DNA of 64,000 bases from Octopus sinensis (taxonomy: Eukaryota): the NCBI RefSeq assembly GCF_006345805.1, contig NW_021833016.1, positions 1-64,000 of the forward strand, given 5' to 3'. Positions 63,130-64,000 of this stretch are shown piece after piece (the first letter of the stretch is position 1; each line of letters opens with the position of its first letter). A model generated the notes under the pieces. The model saw nothing but the letters and a program-made list of their open reading frames with translations, had not been told where the DNA came from and made no database searches. The position numbers and the translations under genes were made by a program.

Positions 63130-63929
63130 GTATATGACATAAGAATCTGAAATGAAATTATAAATTAATTTATGTAAATTTATATAATTAGAAAACAATA
63201 TAAATAAAGTGTTAAAATCTGAATGTTAAGTTAGCAAACAATTATATAAAAAAAGATAATTATATAAAGATTATTATATTTTATTATATTAAAGATAATT
63301 ATATAAAAACAATTATATAAAAAATGATAATTTTATAATTTAAGGTCTTTTAACATCCTATCTTATAAAAAATTGATAATCCCAATTGAAGAGCATAAAA
63401 ATCTACAGAGTTGTCTCCCCTTACTCACAGGAACTGGATAACTCCTACCCCATTTCCTGCTTTGACATGCATTTAAGAAACATCCTAAATTAAACACCAC
63501 ACGGATTTAATCATATGGATCTTAATCCTCCAAGGTAATTTTTCCAAGAACTATCATTGAACTCCAGATACACAAAGACTACAATGTAACGGTGTACCTA
63601 TTTTTTAATTTTTGTATATGTTTATTATTTTTTTGCAAAAAACAATGTAATTTTCTTTTTTCCCCCTCCTTAATTATAAGAAAAAAACTTCTTCACACCT
63701 TACAATTCTTGAAAAGTCGCATTGCGACGAAAACCGATTTGATTCAATATATATTTAAAAATTTTTTTTTTCAAATTATCCATAAACCCATTTTCATTAA
63801 AATTTACATTCAATTTAGCATTCTGCTTTTTTATAATTTTTCGTTGCCTATCATTTCTCCACGTGCGGTCAACACAACCCCACCATTTAATTGATATATA
63901 TATATATATATACGGCTGGCTGGATGGAT

Positions 63930-64000
63930 TCTTAGAACCTTTAGAACAAGAGAACAAGAAACCATGATGGTCCTCTGGAAGACACTTGTCCTAAGCCACT
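63930..64000 (+). mobile_element. Start of another CR1/L2-group LINE fragment
   Basis: RTFRTREQETMMVLWKTLVLSH is homologous to ~58960-59015; runs off the window. Confidence 0.6.

Overview
AT-rich, microsatellite-dense eukaryotic DNA. The repeat content (tRNA-SINE family, Penelope-like elements, compound microsatellites) resembles Octopus/coleoid cephalopod; this is inference from recalled sequence. No prokaryotic genes, rRNA, true tRNA or CRISPR array is visible. One host gene can be reconstructed on the + strand from three phase-1-linked coding exons (6249-6603, 39266-39445, 41016-41248; 768 nt = 255 aa + stop). It encodes an N-terminal hydrophobic segment, a PAN/Apple-like domain and a long-form C-type lectin domain. 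Exon 2 is absent from the ORF track, and intron 1 is about 32.7 kb. The rest is transposon material: R4/Dong-type LINEs in (TAA)n repeats, Tx1/L1 and CR1/L2-group LINE relics, Penelope-like elements (PLEs), tRNA-SINEs, four mariner copies (one with an intact 350-aa DD34D ORF), a Helitron relic, a hAT-like relic and MITEs. The most notable observations are: (i) several hammerhead-ribozyme motifs in PLE repeats, with PLE inversion/insertion boundaries falling at predicted cleavage sites in two cases; (ii) two inverted mariner copies bracketing exactly the lectin-domain exons; (iii) a 23/24-nt 3' tail shared by the SINE and a LINE; (iv) a near-identical 2.3-kb tandem duplication. All alignments and folds were done by eye, and element boundaries are approximate unless a TIR/TSD is quoted.
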